DNA of 63,996 bases from the NCBI RefSeq assembly GCF_001194135.2, contig NC_068984.1, positions 67,904,886 through 67,968,881 on the forward strand. Reading direction: 5' to 3'. Below, one piece after another: positions 12,901 to 26,190 of the stretch (position 1 is the stretch's first letter; each line of letters starts with the position of its first letter). The notes under the pieces were generated by a model that had not been told where the DNA came from, ran no database searches, and saw only the letters and a list, made by a program, of their open reading frames with translations. This stretch comes from Octopus bimaculoides. Taxonomy: Eukaryota. The translations under genes were made by a program, and so were the position numbers.

Positions 12901-13480
12901 CTTTTAAACTATTTGAAAATCAATGTAAACTGTGAAAGTGGTTAAAACTTTAAATATATTAATAAAAAATACTTTAACTGTTATCAGTGCATTTTCAACT
13001 TCTATTTTTCATATATATATNNNNNNNNNNNNNNNNNNNNNNNNNNNNNNNNNNNNNNNNNNNNNNNNNNNNNNNNNNNNNNNNNNNNNNNNNNNNNNNN
13101 NNNNNNNNNNNNNNNNNNNNNNNNNNNNNNNNNNNNNNNNNNNNNNNNNNNNNNNNNNNNNNNNNNNNNNNNNNNNNNNNNNNNNNNNNNNNNNNNNNNN
13201 NNNNNNNNNNNNNNNNNNNNNNNNNNNNNNNNNNNNNNNNNNNNNNNNNNNNNNNNNNNNNNNNNNNNNNNNNNNNNNNNNNNNNNNNNNNNNNNNNNNN
13301 NNNNNNNNNNNNNNNNNNNNNNNNNNNNNNNNNNNNNNNNNNNNNNNNNNNNNNNNNNNNNNNNNNNNNNNNNNNNNNNNNNNNNNNNNNNNNNNNNNNN
13401 NNNNNNNNNNNNNNNNNNNNNNNNNNNNNNNNNNNNNNNNNNNNNNNNNNNNNNNNNNNNNNNNNNNNNNNNNNNNNNNN

Positions 13481-13514
<34 letters not shown>

Positions 13515-15884
13515 TAAAGTCAGTTGGGTGTGAAGTTGAAGTATTCCCAGAGAAGCACTCAACCCTCATACTGGGCTATCAACAATGTCGGGATCCAAGC
13601 GAAGACCGGCATACTTCTGGTGTAGAACATGCAAGTTTCACGGCGAATATACCGTCATGTGTTTTGGCGAAGAGTAAATAACCCAGAATTTGTGCGTAAA
13701 CTGGCGTTGTAAATAGTGATAGTACGGAAACACGTCTAACTTATAATTAAAGATGTGTTAAATAACTTTCTTTTCTTTTCATTTGTATATATATAAACAC
13801 ATACAAACAGGCCCAGATGCATACATATACATACATCTATCCATATACATACATACATACATACATACATACATTCGTAAGTGGGATTTGAAAGAGAATT
13901 GACTATGGGAACATACTGAGATTAGTTGCAACTGGTAGGCTGAAATGCCAAAAGATTCATTCTTTAAAAGTTCGAAAATTTTTACTCTTAATTTCTCAAT
14001 AAATAAATAGATTAAAAGAAATGAAGAAAAAAAAGAAAATGTTGAATCTGGCGTGTCAAACTGAAAAGATCCGCAGTCTGAAAATGATAGCGTGAATCTG
14101 TCAAATAGCGGTGTGGAAACAATTTTGTATATCAAAGTAAAGAACTATGACAGCTGAGTCTCTTCTACAAAAGCATTGATACATGCACTTGTGCACATAT
14201 AGTTACGCGCGCACACACACATGCACGCACAAACATACGCACACACATTTAATCACACTAGCTGCTCTCAGTCTTAGAAATGGTATTTTGTAATAAAAAT
14301 ACGAACCGGGATTACGAATTAGATACTAATTTGTCATTAAAACAATCATCAAAATACCTTGCTTAGAGATAAAAGTCATTTGAAATATGAATGTTGGGAA
14401 GTTAATCAGTAAAAATTGTAATCGGAGAAACGCTTTTAATTTTACGAAGGAAATTTCAAAGAAGTAATAGTTGTAGTTACAACACGTGAAATATAACCAT
14501 CTCATTAACGCCTGTGTGTAATTGTTCAATTTATTGAACAGTCACATTCACACGAGAATTTCGCGGCTGCGTGAAAAAAATGTAATCGAATGATAATAGA
14601 TATATCTCTGTTTAGAGAAAGTCACTTAAGACATTTACCATTAATAAGCTATTAATGATTTCCAAACAAACAAAATCCAAATAAATCTAAGTTAGAAAAT
14701 GAACGCTTATGAAAAAATTGTAGTGTAAAAGGACATTGTTCTTGTTATTGTTGTTATTTTCAAAATTAGAAAATTGTTGCAATCTTTAGTACATCGTATT
14801 TCTTCTTTAATTACCTAAATGGGTGAAATTTAGTCTGATAGATGCGCACGCATATATGTGTGTATTTGTATGTAGCTGCGGGTGTAGAAAGCTTTTCACT
14901 TTCAAAGTATGTTAATTATAAATAATGAGCTTTTCTTTAAATTTAGAAATTACAGACAAATAACAAATATTTACCATCGGTGTATTCGTCTAAAATTTCT
15001 TAAGCAACTAAAAAGAAGTATTCTAACGAAATGGGGCAATAAATATCTACTTTTTCAATGGCATAAATGTTTTGGTTCGCTACTGCTATATAATAAAGAA
15101 TTATACAGTTCTTCAGTTTAGATTACATTAACAAAGAAAGGGAAATGATGTGGGCACTTCCTTAGCTGCAGAAGAAAGAACTAATAGCCAAATTTCTACA
15201 AACATTGCTTTGTTCCTGTAGCATACTTCATCTCTGATGAGGTATAACATAGGAACAAAGGAATGCAAGCAACATAGATATTTCAGAGGTATATAGACAT
15301 GAAGAGGTGTCAAGCTTATAACAATAAATAGTCTATGGATATGAATTGCTGTCGGTTAATTTGAAATGATGCTATATATCGATACGTGTCTGGGTGAATA
15401 ACTCTCTAAGTGAGGTCGGATAATTCAAAAGTGAAAGAAAAATTGTTTGTTGTCATAATATATATAAGTCAAATAATATAGCCAAAGTTAGAGTTCATAT
15501 TGTTATTTTCTTTTTTATTTGTGCAGATAAAATGATAGGAAAAGATTATTTTGATTATAAATCTCAAGCTTTAAACTGGATTTAATATGTTCTGCTGGCA
15601 TAGAACAAGAATACCACAATCTTATTCTGTTTAGTTTGCTTTATTTGATATGTAATATGTGATGCATGAAGAAATACGTGTAAACCACTCTACAAATGAT
15701 CGAGTTATGCAATGTTAAGTAACACAAGGTTGATGTTTACCTATTGGGAAAATAGAGAAGCTGTTCTAGTTCATCACAGTTTTCTTTTCTTTTATCTTGT
15801 ATTTTTAAGTTCTTAATTAGAAGTTTATAGATATGATAATGTAGATAACTGATTAATATACTGTACAGTATCAACATTCTTTTA

Positions 15885-16245
15885 TTCTTGTATCTATTTC
15901 AGCTTCTGGACCGTAGTCATGCTGGGGCACCGCTTTGAAGGGTATTAGTGGAATCGACCCCAGGGCTTATTTTATACTTTTGCCGAACCTCTAATGTACG
16001 GGGACGTAAACAAAATTAACTCAAGCGATAATGAGAGATAAACACAAAGACTCAAACACACACACACACACAGTCACTCACACATCATACGTACGTAGGA
16101 CGGGCTTTCAGTTTCCTTATAGCAAATACACTCACAAAGTTTCATCGGCCCTGGGGTATAGTCGAAGACACTTGCTCAAGTTATTACGCAATGGGACAGA
16201 AGCCGGAACCATGTTGTTGGAAAGCAAACTTCATAACACATAGCA
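15885..16245 (-). mobile_element. SINE family A, diverged
   Basis: Reverse-complement match to the family A tail (catgctggggcaccgc), middle (ttttgccgaacc) and head (gaagacacttgctcaag...ccggaaccatgttgttggaaagc). Confidence 0.75.
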
Positions 16246-19200
16246 ACATAATTTGTTTAGTGTGATTTTTGTTGGTTTGATACTTTATAAACTTACGTAT
16301 GTTTCGGCCAAAAATAGCACCACCTGATAGAATCTATTATTTTAAAGTCAATTCTTGTGGTACCATAGCCCATTCCAGTAAGGAGTTGTTGTTGACTTAG
16401 ACGAATCCTTGTATAATACAGTCTCAAGAATTTTCATCCAATACATACCATAATGTAAAAAGCAAATGCAAAAACAATAATAATTTCCCTTCTTATAGAA
16501 TCACGGTTAGCATATTTAATTGGGGTAAGCCACACTTAAAAATATGAGAAAACGCTTCTGTTCTCCCACATTTTGATGATATAAGTAATATTAATGAATA
16601 CCTTTTTAAGTGTAGACCATCTAATGGCTCCAATGTGTTTATAAATATCTACACACGTAATAGAATAGTGGTTACAATTCCATCTATTTTCACTACACCT
16701 CTTTTTACTGAAGGAGCCTATGTTTATAGCAAACTAGAAAATGCTATTTAGTTGTGTCTAGGGACAGTCATTATACCAATATTATTAACACATGCACTGG
16801 TTCGATTCCACTCTTTTATAATTAGTCAACTGGTTAAATATCTAACTAACTAATCGTTTGTTTGTTTAAATTAGCTATACAGTAAGTCATTTGTTTTGTG
16901 CTTGTTTCTCAAAGCTCTTTCATTGAAATTTGCAACCTTTTCAAGGACTTTTCTCTTAGTCTGTTGCGGAGGCCTCGTTTGTCTGTTTGAGATCTTATTG
17001 TGTACGAGTGCATGTGTGTGTGTGTGTGTGTGGGCCAGTGTGCACGTGTACTTGTGGACGTANNNNNNNNNNTGTATGTATTTATGTATGTATGTATGTA
17101 TTTATGTATGTATGTATGTATGTATGTATGTATGTATTCTTCTGCGTATCCCTGCGTCTATGTGTGTGCGTGCTTGTGTGTTTGTGTATGTTACTTATTT
17201 ATTTGTTTTGGATATTTTTCAAAACCTTCCAGGATTTACTGGCTTGATATCGTATCGTTTAATTATTTTCATAGTAATATTTATATTTATCTAACAATAT
17301 ATATGCGGAAGTAAAATTTGCATCGTGTAGATTGTTACATACTGTCCTACAAAACCTATGTATCTGAAAAAATTAGATTTAATGCGAGAGAGTAATGTAT
17401 CCAGATTACTGTAAGGGTAAGTTGTACATTGAAATTATGTGTATCCTATCATTTATTTGCAAGAAGTTATTTGCGGATAGGCAATCTGACGTTACTCATA
17501 GATATTTAGTAGTTGTTTCTAAGGTTTGGTCAGCAAATATTTTCCTATGAAGTAACAGGCCAAATATATATGAAAACAAAATTGATTTGGGAAGTGAGTA
17601 CACTATCTGAATATCTATTGATTACAATACAAGTTATTGCATTTTCCTGCGAAGTTTGAGAGAAGACCCGTGATTGGTTATATTGAATGTGAGGCATGAA
17701 TTTAATACGGTCTTTTAATGAAAGATGAAAATTATAACAGCACACATAAGATATTCATTATTAAATCTCTTTGAAAAATCACATAATTAATTAAACATTG
17801 CCTTTCTCATCTTGTCTTCTTCATTCATTAAATTTTGATTATTAGCCATGTTATTGCGTTGTGTGCACGCATATGTGATGGTGGTTCATAAAATAGATTT
17901 GTCAATAACCATCTGCTAAATAAAATATTGCGATGTAGCGAAATATTTTAATTCTGGTATCTAATTAAAATATTTCTTTTGTATTTCTAATTCGTAGTCA
18001 TTATTAAGAAAGAGAAATTAACGAATACTCTAAGTATATGCATTACATTTTATTATGCATCTTGTATATTTTTCCTGGTCGATGTTAGCATATGTGTTAA
18101 CTTATATGTGTAAGTAGATGTGGATGAGTGTGTTCGTGTGTGTGTGTGCGCGCGCGCTGTATACATACTTAATGTAGAATACATTTTCTCAGTCAGTAGC
18201 TGTAGCAAACATTTGTTATATTCTTTCAAAACTAGATTTAGATTTCACTGGCATTTGCAACATAAGCTCTTCTTTACTGCGTATCTACAATTCGACGGAA
18301 ATATTTACTCCCGAAAAAGTAATTCTCAACATTCCAGTAATGAAATAATGAAAGACTAGATGCACCGATAAGAGAGAAAAAATGCTGAGAAACCATTATA
18401 CCTACATATATGTCTGTGTATTTATATAAAAATATTTACATATATTTTTTATATACACACACACACATACACACAGACACACATATATATAAATTGTGTA
18501 GTATGTATGCGTGTATGTATATGTATATATATATATATATCTTGTAAAGGTGTCGTGTTGCTTATGTCAGTGTTTCTGTTATATTTTATGAAAAATATTG
18601 AATATTCTGATTCTACACCTGCAAGTTGATAAATTAATCCCACGCTCAGATGTTATACAACAAATAGGAGATATAGAAAATGCCAACAGATGTAATAAAG
18701 ACGTAAATTTCAATAATATTGGAAAACACTGTTGAATAAATCAATCGAGAATAGGAAATATATAAATAATTAAATAAATATATAAATGATAAAAAAAGAA
18801 ATATATGTTGTAAATATATAACTAATGAAAAATATATATATATGAGATAAAAAAAATAACTGATGCTATGCAGAATCTAATCTTAGGTAAGTATATCTAT
18901 CTTTGAATCAAATCGTCAAACATAAGTATCGGATTTTTTTTCACTGACGAGTATGAATGAAAAGTGAGCAAATATTTCAACTTGATAGCATTCTGGAACT
19001 GCTTAAGCAGTATCACACTACATTGTGATGTGTTACTGTTATTGAACTATAAGAGTAATATTCCAAAAAGCTCTAAGGTAGAAAATCGTATCTATTTCTT
19101 TTGCTGTATACCGTTTTGTGTGAGTATTTGAGTATGTGTATGTCGTACGATGTAAAGAAAACCAAATAAATCACTTCTATATATTCCGATAAAACTGCAT

Positions 19201-19802
19201 ATAGGAGAATAACATCATGTTATCAAATGTGTGAATCATAGAAAGGTTTTTGAGAATATCTTCTATTTAGAATATTACTCTTGCTGCTGTTGTTTCTGTA
19301 GAAATCACTCTTGTGTGATTGGTGAATTTAGGCCATACCTACTTGCTTCTTTTCACTAAACTCCCTCCCCAAACCTCTCTTTTATTCGTAACCAAAAATC
19401 TGGTTGTTGTTGTTGATGTTGACTGTATTATTATGATTTTCTATTTTTACGAAATACGAATAACGCACCGATAAGCTGAGAAATATTTTCTTTCAGTTCA
19501 TGAACTAAGATGCCTGTATTCATTTGAAACGTTAGCTTCGGTATAATTTAATCTACAACGTTACCTGAAAGTTTGTATCGGAATTGGGTAATCTAATAAC
19601 AAAAGAAATCACACAGAGACACAAAATTATTCTGCGGTTCACGGGATATTTAATTTTAATCCTCCTTATCGAACTCCGTTGAAAGTTCACAAATGAGCGG
19701 GTCCATAACATACCCCAACCTTATCGTTGACAGGGGAAACGTGGCAAAGGAAACTGTCGACAATGACTGACGTACAAATAATGAGAAGTATCAGTACGCA
19801 CA

Positions 19803-19846
<44 letters not shown>

Positions 19847-21047
19847 AAAGCTCGTGTATATATATTTAAATGTGTGTAGATATATATACGCACAGTCACA
19901 CATATGTATATATATATTTACACATATATACATATATATATATACATTTAAATTCATATATATGCATATACGTACATCTACAAAAAATNNNNNNNNNNNN
20001 NNNNNNNNNNNNNNNNNNNNNNNNNNNNNNNNNNNNNNNNNNNNNNNNNNNNNNNNNNNNNNNNNNNNNNNNNNNNNNNNNNNNNNNNNNNNNNNNNNNN
20101 NNNNNNNNNNNNNNNNNNNNNNNNNNNNNNNNNNNNNNNNNNNNNNNNNNNNNNNNNNNNNNNNNNNNNNNNNNNNNNNNNNNNNTATATATATATATAT
20201 ATATATGCATCACAATCACAAAACCAGACGAGAGCTTCTCTCCTGGTAAAATCTCACCATATTGTGTGTTCTAAAACCCTTTCCACTTTTAAGCGATGAT
20301 GTATATTTAGTTTTTTTACATAAATATTGCTTGATGTTTCAATTATGTGCCCGTGCGCGTGTGTGTACACATTTTGAAAGGAAAAGCGTGTTAGAGGCTT
20401 AAGCTTCTCTTACTGTGTTCTATGTGGCCGATTATTCAGACGATTGGAAAGGAATACAGAATCACATAATTTACCCCCAAAATATTCGTAATAGCCTCGA
20501 AATATAATTCGGTATTGAGATTTGGTTGACTGCCAAATAAAAAAATCTTATAAAATCCTTTTCAGATTCGTCTATTAAATAGGTGTATGCACAATTCGTA
20601 AAATATTCGCCTATTCATATGCAAAAGCAAGTGATATTTTCATGTCTGCAGCAATGCATATGTAAAACAACACAAAAGCCAAGAAGGGCCTATTGTTTTA
20701 CAGTTCATGAATATGAATGATTTTTCTTTTCAATATGTGAATGCCTATGTAATATACAAACTCAAGTTCATGCATTGCATATCTATCTATCTATTTATCT
20801 ATCTAAATATCTATCTATCTATCTATGCAGATACATATGCGCGTGCACACACACACCTGTGAGTGCGCGCGTTCATGTGTGCATATATATGTATATATGC
20901 ATATGCATATAAATTACGCATATATTCATATATCTATGCATGTATGTGTGTAGATATATACATATATATAGATGCATATTATGTACATAAATCGATATAT
21001 GTATATAGTCAGATATACAGATAAAAGGATACTTAAGTACATACACG

Positions 21048-21090
<43 letters not shown>

Positions 21091-24000
21091 NNNNNNNNNN
21101 TGTGTGTACGTATATATATATGCATATATGTTTTTTTTTCATATGCATACGTACATACATACATACATACATACATATTTATATATGGGTGATTTTTCAT
21201 CAAAGCTCTAAGTACTTCATTAAAGTATTTTTCTCTCTCAAATTCAAGTTACAATTTTTATGATAGTATTTTTAACGGGATAATATCCACTGGAAATAGT
21301 TTATTTTGCTAAGGCATCCACACATTCGCACATCTAATTGAAAATAATTATTTGCCTCATAGACTATCATTTCAACCATACATATTCATGTCCGTTTGCT
21401 CATTTATATATAAATGTATCTCAGTAATTTCATGACTTATACATTTATCAAAATAGCGTAATTAATCATTTTAAAAATTAATGTCATCTCACAACTTAAT
21501 AACAGTGTGAGCATAAAATTGATTATACTCCAGTGTTTATTTTATTGATTTCTAAAGCTTTGATTTGATATATGCATGCACGTACATGTACATAAGTATA
21601 TACGGCTTTACGTACATACATACCAGCATACAAATGAGCATCCTTACATATCCATCTATCAATGCATAACATCACATACTAATAATACTCATAATTAGTT
21701 GTCTGGTCGTGGTATCTTATGCTCTTTTTCCTTCTTTGGCAATCTACTACTTTTACTGCATTTTCTCCTATACAATTACAACTAATAATTTACCTCTCTA
21801 CCATCACCTCCTGCAATTTCTCTTTCTCTATCTTCTTTTGTCTTTTATGAAGTCGATACTTCCTATTTTTACAATATTCAAATGTTTCGCCACCGCTCTA
21901 AAAATTGCTTTATTTTCAGCACTAGTGCATTACCCGTCACATGGTCGGTAATGTTGCAAAAAAATATTGTTTATGAGAGATACACTGTATAAACAATGGG
22001 GTGGTCCGGGCTAGAACGTCTTGATCATTGGTCTGCTTCATCACAGCTGACTTCGATTTTAAAATATGAGCTCAGACGTTTTTATGCAGTCCTGAATTTC
22101 GTTACACGACTACGTGTTCCTAGGTTCGGTCCTACTACACAGTCCCTTAGACAAGTGTCTGCTACTACTGCTCAGATTGAATGAAAGTTTTATGAGGGAT
22201 ATTTGATTGATGGAAACTTTGTAGACGCACATCGGAGAAACTGTTCAGATTCGGCAGTGGTATATCTAACTCGTTACTCGTTTAAGACCCACTTTCACTC
22301 GGTAGGATTTGAAGTCAGAACCGAACTGCAAGCGGAAGTCAATAATGTAAAGTGATTTATTTGGTTTCATGCGCAACATTGCCTTCTAATATCTATCCTT
22401 CTGAATCTTAATATAAGTTTCTTATATCAGCACCAGTTGAAACTTTCATTGTGAAAAGTAAAGACTGTTTAAGGAAATCCATGCATATCACTGGAAGATA
22501 TAATATTAAAAGTGCAAATGAAGACATAGAAACTCGAAACCGGTGAGATTTTATACCAGAAGGTAAAAATAGCGTTGAATAAGACACTGCAAGAAAATCT
22601 CTTCTTTAACGTGCTGTTCCTGCTACACACCTTAAGGATTTAAAATTTGTTTCTTACAATATCATGCATTCTAGAGGCGGGATGCAAATCGAATTCATTA
22701 ATCATCCTTACTATTTTATCTGATATTTAATTTATCACCCACATAATACTAAAAGTGAAAGTCGATCTTAGCAGGGACTTCCAAAGCAGAATCGCCTCTG
22801 CCTTCTCACTTGTCTATGTCTTATTGTTCATAAATGTTTGATCCCAATTTCTAAATCATTCTCTAATCAAATTTTCCTTACCCTACTAGATCAGTTGCAT
22901 TTCCTTTAATAATTTATCTTTCGTTTATACGCAGCAAAGAAAACGAGTTCACACTGCGTATGATTTGATGTATGCTTAAACTTTTATAGGTTTATTTTCA
23001 GATAAATACATTTCCACATAACTATTTGCTTCTACCCTTCACTCAGATATAATTACATTCGAAATTTGAACATTAACAATGTTAAAAAAAAAATCGAAAT
23101 AATTTCAGGCTGACTCGAAGCGATTTACCTAATCATCCTTTAGAATAATTCCAATTAGATATTTAAGATGGCTACCTTCGTCATTTTAAAACTACCTTAG
23201 GGCTATTTGCAATAATCATATTACCTTGTATTTTTTTTCTCTGACAGATTACTAATTATTATATTTTCATGTGATGCTTCTACACCTTACAAAAGTTTTC
23301 GAATGTTTATTTTATACTTATACTTTATTCCTCGACCAATCACTGTTATTGATATCAGAACGCTTCCAGCGACAGATAGCCTGAAATATTTTCTTAATTT
23401 TCGTCTATTTACTTGCGGATGTATTTGTTTAGATATTTATACGGTTGATCTTAACTTTACCACTATTGAGATAAAGACACGCAGAAAAGGACTGGCGCTT
23501 TGCCAAGAGACAAAAAATACAAATGTTGATAAGATGTATAGTAACTTTGCCAAAATCTCAACTATTAAACTTAATACTCTGATACAAACTTAAAAAACTT
23601 TCTTATTTGATTTAAATTTATAAAGACGGCTTGTAGTATGTTAGTATTAATTTACCCTTCGAGTTAAATATATTTATTCAGATACACATCGTAAAGGAGA
23701 TTGCCACGACGTAGTAGAATCATTGAAGACTACGATCATCAGATAACTCCTCTTGAGAAAGTCTTCATCGACACAGTATGAGATCTCTCAGTTGTTTTCC
23801 TTTCATAAAACAGTCCCAAACAAGATGAGAAGCCACTCCACATTTGGGACTATGAAGAAGGAGAAATTAAGACGAAGTGAATGAATTTTATTTCAAGTCT
23901 AAAGTTAATTCATTTTTTTTCGCTTCAATTTCTCCTTCATCATAGTCCCTTGCATTAAGTAGATTCTGACCTCGTTTGGGATATTCTAATACAAAATCTA

Positions 24001-24749
24001 TCTTGAAAAGTTCCACACTGTCTCTATGTTCCCACCAGAGAAGAATTTAAACGTGCAAGCAAACGGATACTCATCCGTTTCCACCGTTATTGCTGCTATA
24101 TGCAATATACCGAATGTTTAAAGATGGACTTACAATTCATTGCCATGATCAGAGACATAGCACAGTTTCAAGGACAGAAAACGACGGTATATTATCCTTT
24201 TCCTGATAATTGGCACATCTGAACCATATAGTAAATACAGTAAATATTAAGGGTATACCTTAGGGTATACTAAGTAATTCTCAACAAAAGGTATGAACGC
24301 TATAAGACTTTATTGACACATAGTATAACAACAAATGTGCATGTATATAAATAATATGTATATATATTTATTATATATATATATATATATATATTCTCAT
24401 TATATAATGAGCTCGCACGCTTTCTATTACTGATGCATGTAATGTGTGTGGTTCTTCCCACCTCTAGCGTATTTACTGGCCACAGAAGACTACGGGTAAA
24501 ATTATTGTTTTGTGACTGTGTTAGAGTTTCTTACGTAGTTTCGTTTTAATATTTAATCTGATTATTGATCCTGTATCTAAATTCATTATGTTTTGCAGTG
24601 GAGTGGCAACTCTTATTGCAATAGATTCTTTGTGCCACTAGTGAGGGCTTGATGAACTAGAATGACCGAATACGTAAATTCATCTCACAAGCTACGGCTA
24701 AAATGTACGAAATCTCTATTTCATGGTATTTACCATAATTTACAGGTAA

Positions 24750-25930
24750 AAAAAGGAGCCCTTGGAGCTGAAAGCGCATGAAATGGACGAGGAATTTCGA
24801 GTCCTTACTTGGCCAGAACGTACTGCAGTGCATGAAAAAACATAAAACAACGGTGTAGATGGTATAGCTCCTTAAAGGTAGGAAGCAGATGTGCTACAAA
24901 CACGCAAATGGGTAACACAAGCGCTTAGTGAAATATGGGATAATGGTTTAATATCTGATAATGTTATAACAGCAATGATATAATGAAACACCGTATTATA
25001 ATGGAGTAGTAGTGTAATAATAATTAAAGTGAAGCCAAACCTGGTTTCTCTACTCAGAGAAGAACAAGCAAACTTTAGTGAATGTAGATGAGGAGGCAGT
25101 CAAATATTTACTTTCAGCTGTTTTATACTGCAATCAAATGCCTGATGATAAATATTTGACTATCACACTATCACACTATCAACTTTGAGCCAAAATTTTA
25201 TATCGTTTTCCCACAGAATGATTATTTAAAATTATGAGAAAAATGTTTAATATATCTCAGAAATTTGTTGATATAATCAAGAACATTAATGAAAGCATTA
25301 TTTGTAAAGTAATGGTAGACGGTGATCCAAGCAAACTTTTACACACACGCACGTACACACACATGTATTTACGTATGCATATGTAAATATATGCACGCAC
25401 AAGCATACATAAGGACAGATACCATTTCTGTTTGGTTAATGATTTTGTGACGAGAAGAAATTATGGAACAGACTGGGTTAATTAAGTGACTTGGATTATA
25501 CAGATTATAAAGATGACATCGAATTGATGATCGTAACTAATGGAACCGATGCAGGAAAATCTAAACAGCTCAGTTACTGACCGAAAGAAAGCTGGATTTG
25601 TAATTAATAAATATAAAATAAACATAGTGAGGTTTCAGAAAAACAATGGCCTTGATTACTTTGTAGAACGAAAAATTATTGAAGCCAGGAGAGACTATAA
25701 TTATTTAAGAACAATTGCATTTATATATGATTCTTCCTTTCAGATAGAATTTCAAGAAAAGCCAAAGAATGCTGAACAAGTAACTGAGAATGTGGAAACT
25801 AGTGTGCATTTCAAACAAAATATCGTCACATGCAAGAATGAAATGTGATATTATTCTTGTTTGAAAAATGTGAAAATGAAGTCTTGAAGAGAATATTGGG
25901 AATCAGTTTTGACAACAGTACATGACTAAT
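24750..25930 (+). mobile_element. Decayed RTE-clade LINE reverse-transcriptase region
   Basis: Ordered RT motifs despite stops and frameshifts: NGVDGIAP, KWVTQALSEIWDNGLI, LLREEQANF, NISQKFVDIIKNINESIICKVMVDG, L.DLDY..DDI.L, MQENLNSS...KAGFVINKYK. Confidence 0.75.
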
Positions 25931-25954
25931 TAAAGGCTGACTTGGCTGTTGTGC

Positions 25955-26190
25955 TCATGATCGTTAGATCGTAGGTTCGCTTCCCTGATTGGGCGGTGCG
26001 TTCTGTTCTTGAGCAGAACACTACGTTTCACATTGCTCCAGTCTCCCTTCGATCAGGGGGAAATGTTGGCCTGCTCACGTAGCCGGCAGGGTGGCGTCAA
26101 TTGAAAGCTAAAACAATGCGCAAGAGCGCATTGTGACCAGCGATATATAACAACATCTGATAGCCTGGTCGGTCACATAATCGGGTGTGA
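25955..26190 (+). mobile_element. tRNA-derived SINE, family with gttcttgagca..acact central domain
   Basis: B-box-like ggttcgcttcc, then ctgttcttgagcagaacactacgtttcacattgctccagt, resembling conserved SINE central domains. Confidence 0.6.

Noticed and set aside
12932-13681. Long ORFs of 140-300 aa here and at 26.8, 33.8, 40.8, 44.4 and 60.1 kb
   Set aside because: They are open only because they run through N gaps and (TA)n/(CA)n flanks.
17524-17593. Cadherin or Cys-loop receptor assignment for the exon candidate
   Set aside because: Only a superficial TG.I....L..E resemblance; key conserved residues are missing.
22515-22545. Further hammerhead-like strings (atgaaga...gaaaccggtg here; ctgaaga at about 7788; ctaaga...gaaacgtt at about 19505; CTGATGA-AAC-GAAA on the minus strand at about 29990)
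   Set aside because: No convincing stem II or stem I pairing, so not distinguishable from chance.
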